A DNA stretch of 63,268 nt from Planctomycetota bacterium (GTDB lineage Bacteria > Planctomycetota > SZUA-567 > H5-PLA8). A program made the position numbers and the translations under genes. Numbering within the stretch: position 1 is the stretch's first letter; every line of letters begins with the position of its first letter. This document shows positions 58,829 through 63,268 of the stretch, piece by piece. The stretch lies in contig JBBRPR010000052.1 in assembly GCA_038227875.1 (NCBI GenBank), positions 1-63,268 on the forward strand, read 5' to 3'. Under the pieces are notes generated by a model, which saw nothing but the letters and a program-made list of their open reading frames with translations, did not search any database and was not told where the DNA came from.

Positions 58829-61800
58829 ATGAAGAAATATACAGTTCTGGCGGTGATGCTGTTCGCTTGCGCAGGCAGTGCTTGGGCGCTGGACAGCACG
58901 AGTGGCGGCTTCATGGAGTCTCAGGGGCAGCAAGGACTGAGCGGCTCGTCGGTCGTCAAATGCCAGAATTACTTTACCGTTCCAACCTGTTATTGCTGCT
59001 ATGCCGGCACATGGGGCTGGTTTTATGCCTCACTCTGCGGGGATGGGGCTTCCAGTTCGGGTACGTCTGCTGGTGGAGATGGCAAGTCCGGCGGCTCGGG
59101 CGGCGGAAGTGGTGTGGGGTCGCCCTCTGCGGACAATCGTTCGGTTCTTACATCTGTCGTAGATAACCAGAGTTACAGCCATTTGCACTACGGTTTCGAC
59201 TATGTTCCAGACGCGACTCGACCCGGGTGCTCGACGTGTGGCGGCGGCAATGCCAACGGGATTGGGCCGGAGTTGGGCGATCTGGGCGTCATCCGGGTGC
59301 ATCGCTATCGCGACGTAAGCACCGACAGTTCATGGGGTCCCGGAGTATTTTCCAATTTCGACGCGAAGCTTTACCTGAATTCGAGTGCAGGGAATACCAT
59401 CGACTTTTTCGACCCATTGATTTTCAACATTCAGCGGTTTATCGACGGTCCGTATAGCTCACCGTTGAATCCCAATGACGCGCTCGATGGCGTCTATCAC
59501 GCCTATAAAACCAATTCGCACAAAGAAATTCGACTGCTGGATGGCAACGGAAACCTGACCACAACGCAGGCTAATGCGGCCACGGCCGTGCTCACGACCT
59601 GGGCGGGAAAGAAGTTTACCTTTCAAATTGTAACCATCAGCGGCTCGCGTGTCGGACGGTTGACGCGCATCGAGGACCGCAATGGCTATGCAGTGACGGT
59701 CTCCTATCAATATCAGGTGGGAGACAACCTCAATGGCTCCGACGCGCGGCTTTGGGAAATAGACACCGTAACCGACGCGCACGCAAAACAGGCTCACTTC
59801 TCGTATTTGGCGCAGCAGGTATCCGGTCGCTGGGTCGTGAGTCAGATTGCGTTGCCCAATGGCTCGGTGGTGTCTTATAGCTACACAACCGGCTACCTTT
59901 CCGGAGTGCAGTTGCCGGATGGCACACAGTCCACGTTCACGCGCGCGGTCGAGCCGATTTCAGGCTGCACGGTGGTCAGCTATTTTGACGCCGCGGCCGA
60001 AGGCATGCACCGGACGAAAAAAGTTTACCTGACCACGAACTACACGTTGCAGAACGATCTCCCCGACGACATTGCGCCACAGGCCGCCCAATTGGTGCGA
60101 ATGGTTGTCAACGGCGATGGCGAAGTCGCGTATTTCAACATTTCGCATCCACAATATTCTTACGATTGGATTTTTGAAGGAAAAGGGCTGTTAAAGCAGA
60201 TGTATTGCGGTTGGGACTTCAAATATGCCACCAACTGGCAAATCAGTGGAGCGACGGGTTGGACTTTTGCTTCGGTGCAGGCGAATCTTGAGTCGAAGTT
60301 CGAGCACTTAAATTTCAGCAGCGCCAACAACTACGCAGCGTGGTACACACAAACGCCTTCATCCAGAATCGATCCCACAGGGCGCCAATACAATTACACG
60401 TACGACGCGGGCAGCCAGGTTGCAAGCATTGGATATAGCGACGGCACTACGGAATCGTGGACGCGGAATCTATTTGAGCAGCCCACCCAATACGTTGATC
60501 GAATTGGACGCGTGACTCAGTGGACCTACGATACCAATGGAAATCAACTGACAAAGAAAGTAGGGTTGCTGCTGCAAGGCGGCAATGTTGTGACCACTCC
60601 AGAGACGGCCACGTGGTCTTGGACTTATTATCCGGCCGGAGACGCGAACCAGTTTTTGCTTAAGACAGCGGTCGATGCAAACGGGAACACGACAACCTAC
60701 GCATATGATACCAATCATTTTCTGGTGTCTGTGCAGGAAGCGCCGGACAATCCAGGTGATCCGCAGGCGGTGCGGACGTTTGCCTATGATTCAACAGGCC
60801 GAATGCAGTCCGCCACAGATGCCGTAGGCCGCACGACTGTCTACTCGTTCGATACGCGCAACCGGGTGGTTTCGGTGCTCTACCCGGATTCAAGCACGGA
60901 CCAGTATGCCTTCGGCACGGGAATAAATGCGAACCTGATGGTGAACACCACGGATCGAAGCGGTGACGTGACGTCATTTTTCTATGACAATTCGGGACGA
61001 AGAAATCGGATCGTGTCGGCGTCGAATGCCCCCTCTGTCAGCGTCGAAAAAACGTGTTCGTTTGCGCTGGGTAATGATCTTCGCCTAAGCTGCACGGACA
61101 AGGGTAACACGACCGCGTACGGCTACGATTATCGCAATCGCAATGTCACCACGAAAAGTCAGCCGAACACCGGAATCCAGTTGACCAGCACGACGACATA
61201 CACCAACAACGAAGTCACCTCCGTGGCTGACGCCTATGGTCGCAAGGGATACTTCAAGTACGCATCGGCCAGCCCGTACCTGCTGAGAAAAGTTCAGGAG
61301 ACGGTGCCGGGCGCAGTTCCAGCCGGGACGGACATTGGGACGCTGGCGAGGGTCTTGACGAACAACGCTCCGTACCTTGTCGAAGATACGAGTTATGACG
61401 CTGACGGAGTAATGCTGAGCAAGACGGACGGCCGAACGTTTGTCGGTCAGATGAGCTACGATTCCCGCCGCCGCCTGACGCAAACCGTCGAGGCATTCGG
61501 CACGGCGATCGCCGCGCAGACCCAGTTCCAGTACGACCTTCAAGGCAACCGCACGCTGTACATCAGGCCCCGCCAGTTCACGGAAGGCAGCGCGTTTCAG
61601 ACGGCGTACGCGTACACCGGGCGGAATTTGATGAAATCGAAGACTGAAGCGCTCGGGAAACCCGAAGCGGCGACGGAAAGTTATTCGTACTATCTGGACC
61701 GCAGACCAAAAGATACGACAGATGGCCGTGGCAACGTCTGGACGAAGGTTTGGAAACAGTGCTGTGCTCGCCTGGGTGTGGTGGCAGACCCCAGTATTCC

Positions 61801-63268
61801 GGATTATCTAGGCGGCCCGAATCCGATCCGGCCGGTTTCGCTTTATGAATATAACTTTTACGGCGACGCCACCCATGTCTCCCGGGCGCGCAATGTCAGT
61901 CCCCTGCCGACGTGCTGTCTCGATGACGTGCCGGACGCGGACACCATCAACGAAACCACCACGAAGTATGACGCGCGTCATCGCCCTGTCGCCCAGACCG
62001 TGTGGTTGACGCCGTTACCGTCGGTGGACGAGCAGAATCCGTTCATCTATGGCGACGCGGGCTCTCCGGCAGGTGCCGTGGGTTTGACAACCCGTTGGGT
62101 CTACGACGATAACATGACTGACGGCGTGGGCTTGGACGCCACCTATGCGGCTCAGTTGGCGGGACTGAATTTGGGAGTCGGCTCCGTCGGCAGTGCCGTC
62201 GAGACGACCAACCCTAACGGCGAAAAGTCGGTCACGATTTACGACGGAGTGGGCCGCGCGGTCAAGTCGATCGATGGAAACAGCAATGCGACAAAAATGA
62301 CCTACGATACGTTGGTTGCTAACATTGCCGGTGCACCGGGAACATTGCTGGAAACGTCGATGACCGACGCGCTCGGGCACATCACCAAGTCTGAAACGGA
62401 CGGCGCTGGACGAGCCTTGGCGGCGATTGATGCACTGGCGAACGTCTCCACCTTCTCTTTCGATGCGACCAGCAACCGCGTCTCATGGCGTGATCCAAAC
62501 GGCGTTGGGCAGGATTGCGTCTTTGACGCTCGCAGCCGAGATATTCAGTGCAGTGACACGCTGGCGACACCGTCGGTGACTAAGAAATCATTCGATGCCG
62601 ACAACAATGTCGTGGGCATGACCGATGCGTTGAACCACGTCACCACTTGCGTTTTTGACGCACGCGACCGGAAAATTTCCTGCACCGACCGCAACAACGG
62701 AATCACCGCGTATCAATTCGACCAGAACAATAACCTCACCCGCATCACTGACGCGCAAGGCGGACCGACTGTTTATTCTTATGAACCGCGTAATCTGTTG
62801 TTCACTGAAACTTTCCCCGACCTCGGCAGTCGCAGCTATGCGTATGACGGCGCGAACCGATTGATTTCTCGCCTGGATCAGGCCAATGTTTCGACCACCT
62901 ACCTGTACGATTTGGCGAACCGTTTGAAAGTTCGTGGATATCCCGACAGCCTCAACGACACATTCGCTTACGATTTGGCTTCGCGGTTGACTTCGGCCAC
63001 GAGCCAGCGCTACAACAATGTCGTGGGACGTGCGTACGACGCGGGTTCGCGGTTGACCAGCGAGGTGCAGACCATCAACAGCGTCAACTATACCGTGGGC
63101 TATGCGTATGATGCCGCTAACCGCCAAAACGGGGTCACGTACCCAAATGGCAGCGTGGTAAGCCGCGTCTTCACGAACCGAAACCAGTTGGACACCGTTA
63201 ACTACGCAGGAAATCTGGTCGCCTCGTTCGGCTACGACAGCGGCATGAGAAAGTCCGCCGCGAACTTC
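58829..63268 (+). CDS. RHS/YD-repeat protein with Sec signal peptide (3' end outside window)
   Basis: Absent from the ORF track, consistent with no stop in the window. AAGGAG SD; MKKYTVLAVMLFACAGSAWA; many YD units (YTYDAG, WTYDTNGN, FAYDSTGR, YAYDGANR); start and window end are in the same frame (1480 codons). Confidence 0.92.
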   Translation, partial: MKKYTVLAVMLFACAGSAWALDSTSGGFMESQGQQGLSGSSVVKCQNYFTVPTCYCCYAGTWGWFYASLCGDGASSSGTSAGGDGKSGGSGGGSGVGSPSADNRSVLTSVVDNQSYSHLHYGFDYVPDATRPGCSTCGGGNANGIGPELGDLGVIRVHRYRDVSTDSSWGPGVFSNFDAKLYLNSSAGNTIDFFDPLIFNIQRFIDGPYSSPLNPNDALDGVYHAYKTNSHKEIRLLDGNGNLTTTQANAATAVLTTWAGKKFTFQIVTISGSRVGRLTRIEDRNGYAVTVSYQYQVGDNLNGSDARLWEIDTVTDAHAKQAHFSYLAQQVSGRWVVSQIALPNGSVVSYSYTTGYLSGVQLPDGTQSTFTRAVEPISGCTVVSYFDAAAEGMHRTKKVYLTTNYTLQNDLPDDIAPQAAQLVRMVVNGDGEVAYFNISHPQYSYDWIFEGKGLLKQMYCGWDFKYATNWQISGATGWTFASVQANLESKFEHLNFSSANNYAAWYTQTPSSRIDPTGRQYNYTYDAGSQVASIGYSDGTTESWTRNLFEQPTQYVDRIGRVTQWTYDTNGNQLTKKVGLLLQGGNVVTTPETATWSWTYYPAGDANQFLLKTAVDANGNTTTYAYDTNHFLVSVQEAPDNPGDPQAVRTFAYDSTGRMQSATDAVGRTTVYSFDTRNRVVSVLYPDSSTDQYAFGTGINANLMVNTTDRSGDVTSFFYDNSGRRNRIVSASNAPSVSVEKTCSFALGNDLRLSCTDKGNTTAYGYDYRNRNVTTKSQPNTGIQLTSTTTYTNNEVTSVADAYGRKGYFKYASASPYLLRKVQETVPGAVPAGTDIGTLARVLTNNAPYLVEDTSYDADGVMLSKTDGRTFVGQMSYDSRRRLTQTVEAFGTAIAAQTQFQYDLQGNRTLYIRPRQFTEGSAFQTAYAYTGRNLMKSKTEALGKPEAATESYSYYLDRRPKDTTDGRGNVWTKVWKQCCARLGVVADPSIPDYLGGPNPIRPVSLYEYNFYGDATHVSRARNVSPLPTCCLDDVPDADTINETTTKYDARHRPVAQTVWLTPLPSVDEQNPFIYGDAGSPAGAVGLTTRWVYDDNMTDGVGLDATYAAQLAGLNLGVGSVGSAVETTNPNGEKSVTIYDGVGRAVKSIDGNSNATKMTYDTLVANIAGAPGTLLETSMTDALGHITKSETDGAGRALAAIDALANVSTFSFDATSNRVSWRDPNGVGQDCVFDARSRDIQCSDTLATPSVTKKSFDADNNVVGMTDALNHVTTCVFDARDRKISCTDRNNGITAYQFDQNNNLTRITDAQGGPTVYSYEPRNLLFTETFPDLGSRSYAYDGANRLISRLDQANVSTTYLYDLANRLKVRGYPDSLNDTFAYDLASRLTSATSQRYNNVVGRAYDAGSRLTSEVQTINSVNYTVGYAYDAANRQNGVTYPNGSVVSRVFTNRNQLDTVNYAGNLVASFGYDSGMRKSAANF

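Noticed and set aside
58867..63127. Short ORFs listed across the RHS region
   Set aside because: Alternative-frame or antisense ORFs within one continuous RHS coding sequence.

Overview
GC-rich bacterial chromosome segment whose gene families suggest Planctomycetota/PVC (inference only). It has four parts. (1) 1-3810: the end of an IS256-type element inserted into an AT-rich island of small orphan genes that abuts the 5' end of tRNA-Ser(CGA). (2) 3986-38628: mostly host genes, including a sugar-use operon (MDR dehydrogenase, TIM-barrel isomerase, GH9), a stand-alone nuoJKLMN cluster, a three-gene signalling locus whose kinase has ten 29-aa repeats, envelope and lipid genes, adk, an SGNH hydrolase, a HEAT-repeat protein and a 1.7-kaa secreted beta-rich protein. 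(3) About 39300-57830: an integrative element that appears to truncate an FGE-family gene. It encodes a tyrosine integrase, an SNF2-type helicase, HNH-AP2, two DNA methyltransferases (the C5 enzyme is frameshifted), a multidomain protein, an HMGA-like AT-hook protein, a restriction-nuclease-like cargo gene, microproteins and a non-canonical tRNA-like RNA, and carries a motif repeated upstream of its three minus-strand units. (4) 57973-end: a secreted protein and a signal-peptide-bearing RHS/YD protein that runs off the window. The best novelty candidates are the tRNA-like RNA with its shared promoter motif, the AT-hook protein and the 29-aa-repeat kinase. All family calls come from motif recognition by eye; no searches were run.
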